Shown here piece by piece: positions 21,034 through 31,113 of a stretch of 36,763 bases of DNA. This DNA comes from Pseudomonadota bacterium. Its GTDB lineage: Bacteria > Pseudomonadota > Gammaproteobacteria > Burkholderiales > Burkholderiaceae. Made by a program: the position numbers and the translations under genes. A model generated the notes under the pieces. That model saw only the letters and a program-made list of their open reading frames with translations. It did no database searches and had not been told where the DNA came from. Position 1 is the stretch's first letter; each line of letters starts with the position of its first letter. Location: the NCBI GenBank assembly GCA_046046075.1, contig JBJOKN010000009.1, forward strand, positions 1 through 36,763, in the 5' to 3' direction.

Positions 21034-22100
21034 ATACGCAACCAATTCATTTAAATATTGAGGCCATTGATGTGGGTTATCCAGGTGAGAAGTCTGGTAG
21101 CTGGAACCATGTCGTACAAGGCTTGAGCATGCATTTAGACCATGGCAAGATTGGCTGTTTGCTAGGACCTTCAGGCTGCGGTAAATCAACTGTTTTACGA
21201 GCAATTTGTGGTTTTGAGCCCATCCAAAATGGCACCATCACGCTTGATAAGCAAATCGTTAGTTCAAAAGATTTCTCAATCGCCCCAGAAAAAAGGCGTG
21301 TTGGCGTTGTTTTCCAAGACTATGCCCTCTTCCCCCATTTAACCAATGCTCAGAACGTGGCCTTTGGCTTAAGAGAATTGAGTCAAAAAGAAGCTTTACA
21401 CAAGGCAGAGGAATGGCTTGAGCGAGTGGGCCTGAACAATGTTGGGTATCGCTACCCCCATGAACTATCAGGCGGCCAACAACAACGTGTGGCTTTGGCT
21501 CGGGCCATGGCTCCAGAACCAGAACTACTACTCTTGGATGAACCATTCTCTAATTTGGATGTGGATTTGCGTGAGCGCTTAGCCGGAGAAGTCCGAGATA
21601 TTTTGAAGGCCAATGGCACAACTGCTTTATTGGTCACACATGATCAATTTGAAGCATTTGCGATTGCTGATGATGTTGGCGTGATGGTGGATGGTCGCTT
21701 GGTTCAGTGGGACAGCGCCTACAACCTCTACCACCGCCCTGCCACGCGCTTTGTTGCTGACTTTGTTGGTTACGGTGTATTTGTCCCAGGAGTCACCAAA
21801 CCAGGTCCTTCTGTAGAAATTGAATTAGGCTTACTACCATTACCTCAAGCAAGCTATGGCTTACCAAATGAAGAAGTCGATGTTCTTTTGCGAGCAGACG
21901 ACATTGTTCATGATGATGACAGCCCTCTTCAAGCGGAAGTGATCACCAAAGCTTTCCGTGGCGGCGACTTCTTGTACACAGTTCAATTGGACTCTGGTCA
22001 ACGCTTACTGACCATGGTGCCAAGTCACCATAACCACGCCATTGGTGAGAAAATTGGCATCAAATTAGTGGCCGATCACGTGGTTACTTTTAGCAAGTAG
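21024..22100 (+). CDS. Fe3+ ABC transporter ATP-binding protein (FbpC-like)
   Basis: GPSGCGKS, FQDYALFPH, LSGGQQQR, LLLDEPFS, C-terminal SHHNH in TOBE region. Confidence 0.92.
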   Translation: MIIDTQPIHLNIEAIDVGYPGEKSGSWNHVVQGLSMHLDHGKIGCLLGPSGCGKSTVLRAICGFEPIQNGTITLDKQIVSSKDFSIAPEKRRVGVVFQDYALFPHLTNAQNVAFGLRELSQKEALHKAEEWLERVGLNNVGYRYPHELSGGQQQRVALARAMAPEPELLLLDEPFSNLDVDLRERLAGEVRDILKANGTTALLVTHDQFEAFAIADDVGVMVDGRLVQWDSAYNLYHRPATRFVADFVGYGVFVPGVTKPGPSVEIELGLLPLPQASYGLPNEEVDVLLRADDIVHDDDSPLQAEVITKAFRGGDFLYTVQLDSGQRLLTMVPSHHNHAIGEKIGIKLVADHVVTFSK

Positions 22101-22112
22101 TAGAATTCTGAT

Positions 22113-22907
22113 ATGCAGCAATATCTTGATCTCATGAGCCATGTTTTGGCCAAAGGAACCCACAAATCAGACCGTACTGGCACGGGCACTGTTTCAGTGT
22201 TTGGCCATCAAATGCGCTTTGATTTACAAGAGGGATTTCCTGTTGTAACTACTAAAAAGTTACACCTCAAATCAATCATCATTGAATTGCTTTGGTTTTT
22301 GCAAGGCAGCACCAATAACAATTGGTTAAAAGAACGTGGTGTGAGCATTTGGGATGAGTGGGCCAAAGAAGACGGTGAGCTCGGTCCAATTTATGGTTAT
22401 CAGTGGCGCTCATGGCCAGCACCCAATGGTGAACACGTTGACCAAATCAGTCAGTTGATGGATCAGATCAAAAACAATCCTGATTCTCGTCGTTTAATTG
22501 TTTCAGCATGGAACGTTGCCGAGATTCCTCGCATGGCTTTACCACCATGCCACGCTTTCTTTCAGTTTTATGTTGCTGATGGCAAATTATCTTGCCAACT
22601 CTATCAACGCAGTGCCGATATTTTCTTGGGTGTGCCATTCAATATCGCTAGCTACGCTTTATTAACTCACATGATTGCTCAGCAAACTGGTTTAACCCCA
22701 GGTGAGTTTATTTGGACAGGTGGTGATTGCCACTTGTACTCCAATCACATGGAGCAAGTGAAACTTCAGTTATCGCGTCAACCTTTGCCTTTGCCAAAAT
22801 TGAATATTCGACGCAAACCTGCTTCTATTTTTGACTACGAATACGAAGACTTTGAACTCATTGGCTATCAGCACCATGACGCCATCAAAGCTCCTGTAGC
22901 AATTTAA
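22113..22907 (+). CDS. thyA: Thymidylate synthase
   Basis: [28 protein letters not shown]; 264 aa. Confidence 0.98.
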   Translation: MQQYLDLMSHVLAKGTHKSDRTGTGTVSVFGHQMRFDLQEGFPVVTTKKLHLKSIIIELLWFLQGSTNNNWLKERGVSIWDEWAKEDGELGPIYGYQWRSWPAPNGEHVDQISQLMDQIKNNPDSRRLIVSAWNVAEIPRMALPPCHAFFQFYVADGKLSCQLYQRSADIFLGVPFNIASYALLTHMIAQQTGLTPGEFIWTGGDCHLYSNHMEQVKLQLSRQPLPLPKLNIRRKPASIFDYEYEDFELIGYQHHDAIKAPVAI

Positions 22908-22920
22908 TCAAAGGATTGTT

Positions 22921-23400
22921 GTGGAATTAGCCATCATTGTTGCGCGCGCTAAAAATGGCGTAATCGGTGTGAACAACACTCTGCCTTGGCATCTACCAGA
23001 AGATTTAAAACACTTTAAAAATACCACTTTGGGTTACCCCATCATCATGGGCCGTAACACTTGGGTATCTTTGGGTAGACCACTGCCTGGCAGACGCAAC
23101 ATCGTTGTGAGTCGCAATCCAGAATTTAAAGCCGAGGGAGCGGAAACATTCACATCTCTAGAGGATGCGATTGATGCCTGCTCTGGCGTTGAAAAAGCCT
23201 TCATCATTGGCGGCGCACAAATTTATGATGAAGCTTTGATGTATGTCGATAAGCTCATCATCACTGAAGTGGATATTGAAATTGATGGCGACGCTTTTTT
23301 CCCTGATGTCGATGACATGCTCTGGGAAGAAGTTTCAAGAGAAGAGCATCACAATGGCACGCTGGCGTATGCCTTTGTGACCTACACCAGCAAGCTTTAA
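22921..23400 (+). CDS. folA: Dihydrofolate reductase
   Basis: LPWHLPEDLKHF, IMGRNT, RPLPGR, IIGGAQIY, DAFFP. Confidence 0.96.
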   Translation: MELAIIVARAKNGVIGVNNTLPWHLPEDLKHFKNTTLGYPIIMGRNTWVSLGRPLPGRRNIVVSRNPEFKAEGAETFTSLEDAIDACSGVEKAFIIGGAQIYDEALMYVDKLIITEVDIEIDGDAFFPDVDDMLWEEVSREEHHNGTLAYAFVTYTSKL

Positions 23401-23423
23401 GAGTTCACAAAGCGGTCAATGAA

Positions 23424-24776
23424 TTAGCGACCGCCCACGGTCATATTTTCAATCAGTATTGAACCCGTCTCTTTGGTGCCACGCACCAGAGTGTCTGCGC
23501 CGATAGCCACGATTTGCTTGAACATATCATTCAGATTGCCTGCAATGGTGATTTCTTCAACAGGATGAACAATCACACCATTCTCGACCCAATATCCAAA
23601 AGCACCTCGTGAATAATCACCATTCACATAGTTAACGCCCTGGCCCATAAGATCTGTGACCAATAAGCCAGTACCCATTTTTTTCAACATGGCAGGCAAA
23701 TCATCAGATGGTTTTGTTAAGCGACTCTTGAATTGCAATTGATGAGAACCACCCGCATTACCAGTGGTTTGCATGCCCAACTTTCTGGCTGAGTAAGTGG
23801 ATAAGAAGTATCCCTGCACAACACCCGCATCAATCACTTTGCGCGAACGAGTTCTGACACCCTCTTCATCAAATGGGGCACTGCCTGTTAAACGAGGAAT
23901 GTGTGGCTCTTCCAATAGATCAATGTGTTTAGGAAAAATAGTTTTACCCAAACTATCTTGCAAGAAGCTAGACTTTCTGTACAAGGCTCCACCAGAGGTG
24001 GCTTGCACATATGCTCCCACCAAGCCAACAGCCAATGGGGCTTCAAACAAAACTGGGCAATGTCTGGTCGAAATCGATCGCGCACCTAATCTTGCCAAAG
24101 CTCTTTTAGCAGCATAAGCGCCAACGTCTTGAGGTCTGGCCAAGTCTTCTGGCGCACGAGCTGTTGTGTGCCAATCATCACGCTGCATGGCAGCACCTTT
24201 TTTATTTGACGCACTAGCAATTGGTGTGCAGGCAATGTAGTGACGAGAGATGGCATAGCCACCCATGAAACCATTGCTGGTGCCCAACATGAAATGTGAC
24301 TGCTGTGCAGAAACAGTTGCACCATCACTGTTGGTGATGTTTTTACTCACAGCAAAAGCGCCGCGCTCAGCATCTCTGGCAATTTCTACAGCTTCGGCAG
24401 TATTGATATTCCAAGGATGGTACAAGTCCAAATCTTTGGGATTTTTTTCTAATAAATCTGCTTCAGCTAATCCGGCACAATCATCTTCAGCGGTGTGCTG
24501 TGCAATGTGAAAAGCTGCTTTAACGCTGGCTTTAAGAGATTCTTTTGAAAAATCACTGGTACCAGCGTTACCACGTCTTTGGCCAATGAATACTGTGACG
24601 CCCGCCTGTTTATCAAGATTTTGCTCAATGGTTTCAATATTACCTTTGCGAACCGAGACCGATAAGCCACTGCCCTCAGAAAGCTCTGCGGCAGCATCTG
24701 TAGCGCCCAAAGCCTTGGCTTCAGCCAATAAAAAAGAGACTAATTCTTGTAATTGTGTGGGTGAATGTGAAAACAT
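23424..24776 (-). CDS. pmbA: Metalloprotease PmbA (TldE)
   Basis: FDEEGV, TGNAGG, MGQGVNYVNGDYSRGA, EITIAGN; ATG 24776 avoids overlap with mog. Confidence 0.93.
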   Translation of the reverse strand: MFSHSPTQLQELVSFLLAEAKALGATDAAAELSEGSGLSVSVRKGNIETIEQNLDKQAGVTVFIGQRRGNAGTSDFSKESLKASVKAAFHIAQHTAEDDCAGLAEADLLEKNPKDLDLYHPWNINTAEAVEIARDAERGAFAVSKNITNSDGATVSAQQSHFMLGTSNGFMGGYAISRHYIACTPIASASNKKGAAMQRDDWHTTARAPEDLARPQDVGAYAAKRALARLGARSISTRHCPVLFEAPLAVGLVGAYVQATSGGALYRKSSFLQDSLGKTIFPKHIDLLEEPHIPRLTGSAPFDEEGVRTRSRKVIDAGVVQGYFLSTYSARKLGMQTTGNAGGSHQLQFKSRLTKPSDDLPAMLKKMGTGLLVTDLMGQGVNYVNGDYSRGAFGYWVENGVIVHPVEEITIAGNLNDMFKQIVAIGADTLVRGTKETGSILIENMTVGGR

Positions 24777-24802
24777 TCCGCAATCATAGCTAGAATTGAC
24801 GT

Positions 24803-25372
24803 ATGAGTGCAAAAAATACCAATACTAAAAATACAAAACGCCAACATCCAGATGAAATTTGGATTGGCTTGATTTCAATTTCAGATCGCGCCAGCAGTGG
24901 GGTTTATCAAGATGAAGGCATCCCAGCCCTTGAATCTTGGTTTTCTAAAGCCCTGACATCTCCTTGGCACATGGAGTCTCGTTTAATTCCCGATGAAAAA
25001 GAATTGATTTCCAAAACCATCAAGGAACTGGTGGATGAGGTTGGTTGAGTGGCCAGCAGAGAGATGCCAGGCTTTGCTGAGCAAATGCGCCAAATCAGCC
25101 TTAAATTCGTTCCTACGGCTATTTTATCTAGGCAGGTTGCTGCCCTTCGAGAAATCGAGAACCATGCAGCCTTGATCATCAATCTGCCAGGACAACCAAA
25201 AGCGATTCAAGAGACCTTGGAAGGCTTAAAGGATGCCGATGGTAAATCAATCGTTCCAGGTATTTTTGCCGCTGTGCCCTACTGCATTGATTTGATCGGC
25301 GGTCCTTATGTAGAGACCAATGAAAGTGTGATCAAAGCATTCCGCCCTAAATCGGCTATCAGAGCGAAATAA
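24803..25372 (+). pseudogene. mog: Molybdopterin adenylyltransferase with an internal deletion and junction stop
   Basis: ISDRASSGVYQD...LVDEVG*VASREMPGF...INLPGQPKAI...AVPYCIDLIGG; both halves in one frame, separated by one TGA (25046-25048); TTGGTG...DVTPEA core missing. Confidence 0.88.
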
Positions 25373-25385
25373 GAAGATTAGGCTT

Positions 25386-26267
25386 TTACCTCAAGCCGAG
25401 GTACAAGCCAATCGGCACGAAAATCATCGCAGATAAATTGCCAAGTAGAACAATCGAGGCAACGAGTTCAGGATCTTGTTTATTGCGATCAGCCACCAAG
25501 AAGTTCAATACGGCTGGTGGCAAACTCGCGAATACAAACAATAGTCCTTTTTGAAGATCGGTCATCTCAATAAATGGTGCAATGATCAAAGCAACTGTCA
25601 GTCCCACAATTGGGCAAATCGCTGCACCTAAAAATCCTTCACGCCAATGTTTTAAATTAGCATCCTTCATGCGCACACCTAGTGAAAACAACATCAATGG
25701 CACGGTGGCGTCACCCAATAATTTGATGGATTGATACAAAGGCTCTGGCAAGGTGTAAAGGTGCTTGGTACTTGAGAGGAAGACTCCCAAGATGGTGGCA
25801 ATCACCATTGGATTAGCAAAGACGCCTTTGACTGAGGCTCTTGGATTGACCAGTTTGACCCCGAGGGTGAAGTGCATCAAATTTGAGATTGCAAACAAAG
25901 CCACAGCAGGAGCAAGGCCCGCAGCACCAAAAGCAAATACTGCTAAAGGCAAACCCATATTGCCGCAGTTATTGAACATCATCGGCGGCACAAATGTTTT
26001 AGGGTCCATGCCTGAGATCTTAGCGATCGGCCAAGCCAAAATACCTGAGCCCAAAACCACAGCAACACCGCACAGCAATAAGCTCCATTGATCAAGTAAT
26101 TCAAAGTCTTTGCTCACGAAGGCGGAAACTACCAAGAGTGGTGCAATCACATCCAAGGTTGCGCGATTGATACCTGACATATCAGGATGAGCTTTGCGAC
26201 CATACAACCAACCCACCAAAATGATCAGCACCACCGGCGTGATGATGGCGGCGATTCTTAAAAACAT
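25386..26267 (-). CDS. AEC (auxin efflux carrier / malate permease) family transporter
   Basis: About 10 TM segments, NNCGNMGLPL, PLMLFSLG, LPPAV; alternative start at 26288. Confidence 0.85.
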   Translation of the reverse strand: MFLRIAAIITPVVLIILVGWLYGRKAHPDMSGINRATLDVIAPLLVVSAFVSKDFELLDQWSLLLCGVAVVLGSGILAWPIAKISGMDPKTFVPPMMFNNCGNMGLPLAVFAFGAAGLAPAVALFAISNLMHFTLGVKLVNPRASVKGVFANPMVIATILGVFLSSTKHLYTLPEPLYQSIKLLGDATVPLMLFSLGVRMKDANLKHWREGFLGAAICPIVGLTVALIIAPFIEMTDLQKGLLFVFASLPPAVLNFLVADRNKQDPELVASIVLLGNLSAMIFVPIGLYLGLR

Positions 26268-26316
26268 ATTGGCGTCTTGAGAAAGCATGGTTTTCTTTTA
26301 TTGAGTATTTTTGAGC

Positions 26317-26901
26317 TTAATTACCCTCAACGATTGGTTCGTCACCAACGGTTGGAATAAATAGTTTCTCTCTGTAATAGCGAAGCTCTTCGACGGACTC
26401 AATGATGTCAGCCAAAGCTGTGTGTGCTTGCTGCTTTGAGAAGCCTTTGGCAATTTCAGGCTGCCAACGTTTACACAATTCCTTAATGGTTGAAACATCG
26501 ATGTTTCGATAATGGAAATATGCCTCCAGTTTAGGCATGTAACGATTCATGAAGCGACGATCCTGATGAATGGTATTACCGCACATCGGAGAAATACTGG
26601 ATTTCACATGTTGCTTTAAAAAAGCCAAGCACTCTGCTTCAACGTCTGCTTCAGTCAAAGTGGATGCCTTTACTTTATCAATCAAACCAGATTTGCCGTG
26701 AGTGCCTTTGTTCCAAGCATCCATGCGATCTAAAACAGCATCCTCCTGATGAACCACCAAAACAGGTCCTTCAGCAACGATGTTCAAATCCCCATCCGTC
26801 ACGATCATGGCAATTTCTAAAATACGATCTGTTTCTGGCTGAAGACCGGACATCTCCATATCTACCCATACCAAACGATCGTTTTTTCTGGTTGTACTCA
26901 T
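26317..26901 (-). CDS. orn: Oligoribonuclease
   Basis: [35 protein letters not shown] (DEDDh). Confidence 0.96.
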   Translation of the reverse strand: MSTTRKNDRLVWVDMEMSGLQPETDRILEIAMIVTDGDLNIVAEGPVLVVHQEDAVLDRMDAWNKGTHGKSGLIDKVKASTLTEADVEAECLAFLKQHVKSSISPMCGNTIHQDRRFMNRYMPKLEAYFHYRNIDVSTIKELCKRWQPEIAKGFSKQQAHTALADIIESVEELRYYREKLFIPTVGDEPIVEGN

Positions 26902-27206
26902 TTGTATTTAGCAATTCCTGTTATTTTTACTGCGAATCTGCAAAGTTAATTGGGTGATTTTATTTGGTTTCGTGAGACTTGATGCAAAACGACCATCTTC
27001 CTCAATAAAACAGCATTTTGGTGATTATTACACCTGCGGGATGATTGTCCTACTTTAAAAATTTCAAAAGTACTTCAATCCTTATAAAGGGCTTTTTACT
27101 ATGTCTGCGATCCCAGCAGGTCCTTTATTCGTAAAGATCGTTTTGTGTAAAAATAGCCCCATTAATCAGAATCCTCCGATAGGTTCTCAACATTTTTAGC
27201 GAACAC

Positions 27207-28463
27207 ATGACATTTACTTTGATTTTTCTTTTGGGCTTAGCCCTCAGTGTTGCAACTCGTTACTACTTGGCCTCTCGCCACATGCGTCACATTGCATTGC
27301 ATCGCGATCAGGTTCCAGCAGAATTTGCCAGCAAAGTAACGCTCACCGATCATCGCAAAGCAGCCGACTACACCATGACCAAATTACGTCTTGGCTTATT
27401 CGAGATTGCTTTATCAGTAGTTATTTTGATCGGCTTCACCCTGTTGGGGGGCTTACAACTCCTACATGACTACACTTTGGATTTATTAGGTCCAGGCGTT
27501 CCGCAACAAATGGCTTTGTTGGTGTCAATCAGCTTGATCACGGGCATCATTGATTTACCATTTTCTTGGCATCGTCAATTTGGCATCGAAGAGAAATTTG
27601 GCTTTAACAGAATGACACCAGCCCTATTTTTCGCAGACATGTTCAAAGGTATTTTGCTAGGTCTTGCCATAGGTTTGCCACTATTGTGGGTTGTACTGAC
27701 ATTGATGACTGAGGCTGGTCAATATTGGTGGGTCTGGACTTGGTTTGTGTGGGTAGGCTTTAATGCATTGCTACTTTGGCTATTTCCGACCTTCATCGCC
27801 CCTCTATTCAATAAATTTAAACCCCTGGAAGATGGTCCCTTGAAAGATCGTATTGAAGGTTTACTCAAGCGCTGTGACTTCACCAGCCAGGGTCTTTTCA
27901 TCATGGATGGCAGCAAGCGCAGCGCTCATGGCAATGCTTATTTCACGGGCATGGGCAAAGCAAAACGCATTGTGTTTTTTGATACATTGATTGAGCGTTT
28001 AAATCCCGAAGAGATTGAAGCAGTTTTGGCCCATGAATTAGGACACTTCAAACGCCAACACATACGCAAGCGCTTGATCCAGTCGTTTGCTTTGAGCTTT
28101 TTGGTACTCGCCTTATTGGGTTGGATTTCAACCAAGGCTTGGTTCTATTTAAGCTTGGGCATCACACCAGACCTTAATGGTTATAACGCTGGTTTGGCGT
28201 TGGCGCTGTTCAGTTTAGTCTTGCCTGTATTTGGTTTCTTTTTGACACCGATCAACAGCATGGGTTCGCGCAAACATGAATACGAAGCCGATGCTTTTGC
28301 TGCTGAAAAATCCTCAGCCAATGATCTGATCAGTGCTTTGGTCAAGTTATATCAAGACAATGCGGCAACCCTTACACCGGACCCGCTTTACTCGAAATTT
28401 TATGACTCGCATCCGCCAGCCCCTTTGCGCATTGCTCATTTACAAAGCATGGCAGTAAGATAG
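27207..28463 (+). CDS. M48 family membrane Zn metallopeptidase (Ste24-like)
   Basis: DGSKRSAHGNAYFTG, HELGH, EYEADAFA, SHPP. Confidence 0.93.
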   Translation: MTFTLIFLLGLALSVATRYYLASRHMRHIALHRDQVPAEFASKVTLTDHRKAADYTMTKLRLGLFEIALSVVILIGFTLLGGLQLLHDYTLDLLGPGVPQQMALLVSISLITGIIDLPFSWHRQFGIEEKFGFNRMTPALFFADMFKGILLGLAIGLPLLWVVLTLMTEAGQYWWVWTWFVWVGFNALLLWLFPTFIAPLFNKFKPLEDGPLKDRIEGLLKRCDFTSQGLFIMDGSKRSAHGNAYFTGMGKAKRIVFFDTLIERLNPEEIEAVLAHELGHFKRQHIRKRLIQSFALSFLVLALLGWISTKAWFYLSLGITPDLNGYNAGLALALFSLVLPVFGFFLTPINSMGSRKHEYEADAFAAEKSSANDLISALVKLYQDNAATLTPDPLYSKFYDSHPPAPLRIAHLQSMAVR

Positions 28464-28467
28464 TTTG

Positions 28468-29421
28468 ATGAAATCATTCAAAGCCCTTCTCGTTGCTTCA
28501 TATGGCCGACATTATTTGGCCAGAGCAATTGAGGATGAGGCTGGCATCAGTGCCCAAGCTTTGTATCAAGTAACTTCACGCGGCAAGCAACATTTGGGTG
28601 CTGTTGGCGATATTTTAGAAGTTCAAGAGACTGGCCCTGAACAGGCAGTCATTGAAAAAATAGTTGAACGTAAGAATCTTTTGTATCGCTCAGACGCTTA
28701 TAAGAGTAAATCGATTGCTAGCAATGTTGATCAAATCTTGATCGTACTTGCAACTGAACCAGGCTTCTCTCCAGACCTCTTGGGTCGAGCAGTGATTGCT
28801 GCTGAAACAGCCGGCATCATCCCCAGAATCATTTTGAATAAATGTGACCTGCCCAATAAGTTGCCTGCTGCGCGCAAGATGCTCGAGCCCTATATTGCGA
28901 TGGGTTATCCCGTTCATGAAATGTCAGTCAAACATGATCCTGGCTCAGTAGAGGCTTTGCTGCCGCATGTTCAGGGCCGCGTATCAGTCTTAGTTGGTCA
29001 ATCAGGCATGGGTAAATCAACCCTACTGAATGCTTTGATTCCTGATGCAGCGGCTCAAACTCAAGAACATTCTAAGAAGTTAGACAGTGGCAAGCACACC
29101 ACCACCGCTTGTCGTTATTACGACTTACCTGCTAGCAACACTTCTATCAAGTCTTTTGCTGGCGCATTGATAGACTCACCAGGATTTCAGGAATTTGGTT
29201 TAGCTCACCTCTCAGAAAGTGAGCTACAACATGCTTTTATTGAATTCAGGCCCTTGCTCGGGAAGTGCAAGTTTCATAACTGCAGCCATGGTGATGAACC
29301 AGGATGCGTTGTCAGAGCTGCTGTAGATTCAGGAACTATTTCAGCACAGCGCGTGGAATTATTTCGTCAGTTACGACATGAATCCCATAACGCAGATACT
29401 ATCCAAGCCAAACTGAAATAG
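28468..29421 (+). CDS. rsgA: Ribosome small subunit-dependent GTPase A
   Basis: Circularly permuted NKCD, GQSGMGKS, HTTT, DSPG; Zn finger CKFHNCSHGDEPGC. Confidence 0.95.
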   Translation: MKSFKALLVASYGRHYLARAIEDEAGISAQALYQVTSRGKQHLGAVGDILEVQETGPEQAVIEKIVERKNLLYRSDAYKSKSIASNVDQILIVLATEPGFSPDLLGRAVIAAETAGIIPRIILNKCDLPNKLPAARKMLEPYIAMGYPVHEMSVKHDPGSVEALLPHVQGRVSVLVGQSGMGKSTLLNALIPDAAAQTQEHSKKLDSGKHTTTACRYYDLPASNTSIKSFAGALIDSPGFQEFGLAHLSESELQHAFIEFRPLLGKCKFHNCSHGDEPGCVVRAAVDSGTISAQRVELFRQLRHESHNADTIQAKLK

Positions 29422-30343
29422 TCATCAAAGCAATCAGCGTCAACCAAAGAATCACTGCGCGCCAAACAAGGCCAACTGCAGAACGCAAGCTGCGCAAAGA
29501 AGCTTCAATGCCTATATCGTAAACAGGTGGCTCTCCTGATTCAGCCATGCGCAAGGCTTCATCACTGTCTGGCTCAGGCAATGGCGCCCCTAAACGAACA
29601 CCCAATGCACCCGCACCTGCTGCCAAAATGATGGCCTCAAGTTCATTGCTCCATTTGCGTAAATGAAAGCGCCAACCGTAAATGGCATCTTCAAAATTAC
29701 CAACAATAGCAAAGCCGATTGCTGTTAAGCGCACCGGAATCCAATCGATGATCTGAAACAAACTTCTGGCCGCACTACCCAAAGAACTGCTTGCCTGTGC
29801 AGGCCAGCGTTGCGCTGCAGTTTCACTCAAGCGATATAAAACCACGCCAGCAGGGCCAAAAGGCAACATGAACCAAAAGATAGGGCCAAATACATGACGG
29901 TGAGCGCCGATGATCGCTTGCTCAAGGGTTAAACGAATCACCTCTGATTCGCTCATGGTCTCAGTATTAACACCTGCGCCCTGCCATTCAGCAAGTAATT
30001 GACGTGCAGTGTCTAAATCACGCTCTAGCAAAGCTTCATGGATGGCCGTGAATGGATGGCTGAATTGTCTAAATCCTAAAAACAAATAAACAATCAGGAC
30101 ATTCCAAACAAAAGCCAGCATTGGTTGAGTAGCCAGTAAAACAATATGAATGGCTAAAACAAGAACAACCGGAGGAATCAGGGCAGCCACACAAGCCAAA
30201 CGACCACTGCGCTCTGCGCCAGTGTCGATATTCTTAACAATGAAATCTAACCAGCCATGGGTGATGCGATGGACCCAATGATTTTTTTCAACTGGCTTGT
30301 ATTGCTCAGCAATCAGAGCGAAGAGAAGTGAGAAAAATGTCAT
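29399..30343 (-). CDS. CobD/CbiB (AmpE-like) family membrane protein
   Basis: FRQFSHPFT, HRHVFG, DWIPVRLTA, GNFEDA, GAGALGVRLG; ATGA overlap with the Nudix stop. Confidence 0.82.
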   Translation of the reverse strand: MTFFSLLFALIAEQYKPVEKNHWVHRITHGWLDFIVKNIDTGAERSGRLACVAALIPPVVLVLAIHIVLLATQPMLAFVWNVLIVYLFLGFRQFSHPFTAIHEALLERDLDTARQLLAEWQGAGVNTETMSESEVIRLTLEQAIIGAHRHVFGPIFWFMLPFGPAGVVLYRLSETAAQRWPAQASSSLGSAARSLFQIIDWIPVRLTAIGFAIVGNFEDAIYGWRFHLRKWSNELEAIILAAGAGALGVRLGAPLPEPDSDEALRMAESGEPPVYDIGIEASLRSLRSAVGLVWRAVILWLTLIALMTISVWLG

Positions 30344-31074
30344 GCTTTTAAAAAGTGATAAAGATTCCGTAGCATACCTGCAGTTGCTCCCCAAATGAAC
30401 TTATTTTCATAAGGCATGGCATAAAAACGACGGTAGCCTTGTGGGCTTTGCCACATTCTTTGTTCATGATGATGCGGGTTCATTAAATAATCCATCGGCA
30501 CTTCAAAGATATCAGCCACCTCAAATTCATCTCGCTGATACTCATGTCCCGCATCCACCAAGCTCACTACCGGGGTGACTTGATAGCCTGTGATGGTCAA
30601 GTAATGGGGTAATGAGCCAAGTACTTCAACTCTGGTGGCCGGAAGTCCGATCTCTTCCTCTGCTTCACGCAAAGCCGTATCAATGACAGATTTATCTTGT
30701 GGGTCGCAGCGCCCGCCAGGGAAACTGATCTGACCTGGATGATCATGTAAATGAGCTGTTCTTTGTGTCAGCAGGATTTTTAATTCATGGCCATAAACAA
30801 CCAGGGGAATAAGCACTGCGGCTGGCGTCAGCTTATCTCCACGGCCGGCCCTGACTGATCCCTCTCTGGCCAGTGCTGCTCGATTTTCATCGGTCACTTC
30901 AGCTTCCCAATGCTTCTCCTGAGTAAATCTAAAACGCAGTGCATCAGGCGTTAAAAAAGATCGCTCAATGGCTGGCATATGACTATCTCTAGAAACAATT
31001 GGTACTTCTCTTGGATCAAAAATAGATTGAGAAGTACCAGAAGTTTTAGGTGAAGAATCTGCTGAACGTGACAT
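30340..31074 (-). CDS. CoA pyrophosphatase (NudL-like Nudix hydrolase)
   Basis: LLTQRT...HPGQISFPGG, ALREAEEEIG Nudix box, IWGATAGML. Confidence 0.92.
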   Translation of the reverse strand: MSRSADSSPKTSGTSQSIFDPREVPIVSRDSHMPAIERSFLTPDALRFRFTQEKHWEAEVTDENRAALAREGSVRAGRGDKLTPAAVLIPLVVYGHELKILLTQRTAHLHDHPGQISFPGGRCDPQDKSVIDTALREAEEEIGLPATRVEVLGSLPHYLTITGYQVTPVVSLVDAGHEYQRDEFEVADIFEVPMDYLMNPHHHEQRMWQSPQGYRRFYAMPYENKFIWGATAGMLRNLYHFLKA

Positions 31075-31113
31075 GAGTTCTAGTTTATCTGAAGCCAGGT
31101 AATTCATTGCTCC

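Noticed and set aside
21024-21050. Apparent 5' overlaps of divergent ORFs (also 6134-6168 and 24803-24812)
   Set aside because: Result of longest-ORF start calling; downstream starts remove the overlaps
25046-25048. In-frame TGA at a Cys-equivalent position of mog as selenocysteine or readthrough
   Set aside because: About 23 conserved residues after it are missing, so readthrough would not restore function; TGA is an ordinary stop in many genes here; a deletion junction explains it
29399-29421. 23-bp convergent overlap of rsgA and the CobD-like gene
   Set aside because: Short 3' overlaps are common in compact genomes; both proteins look complete
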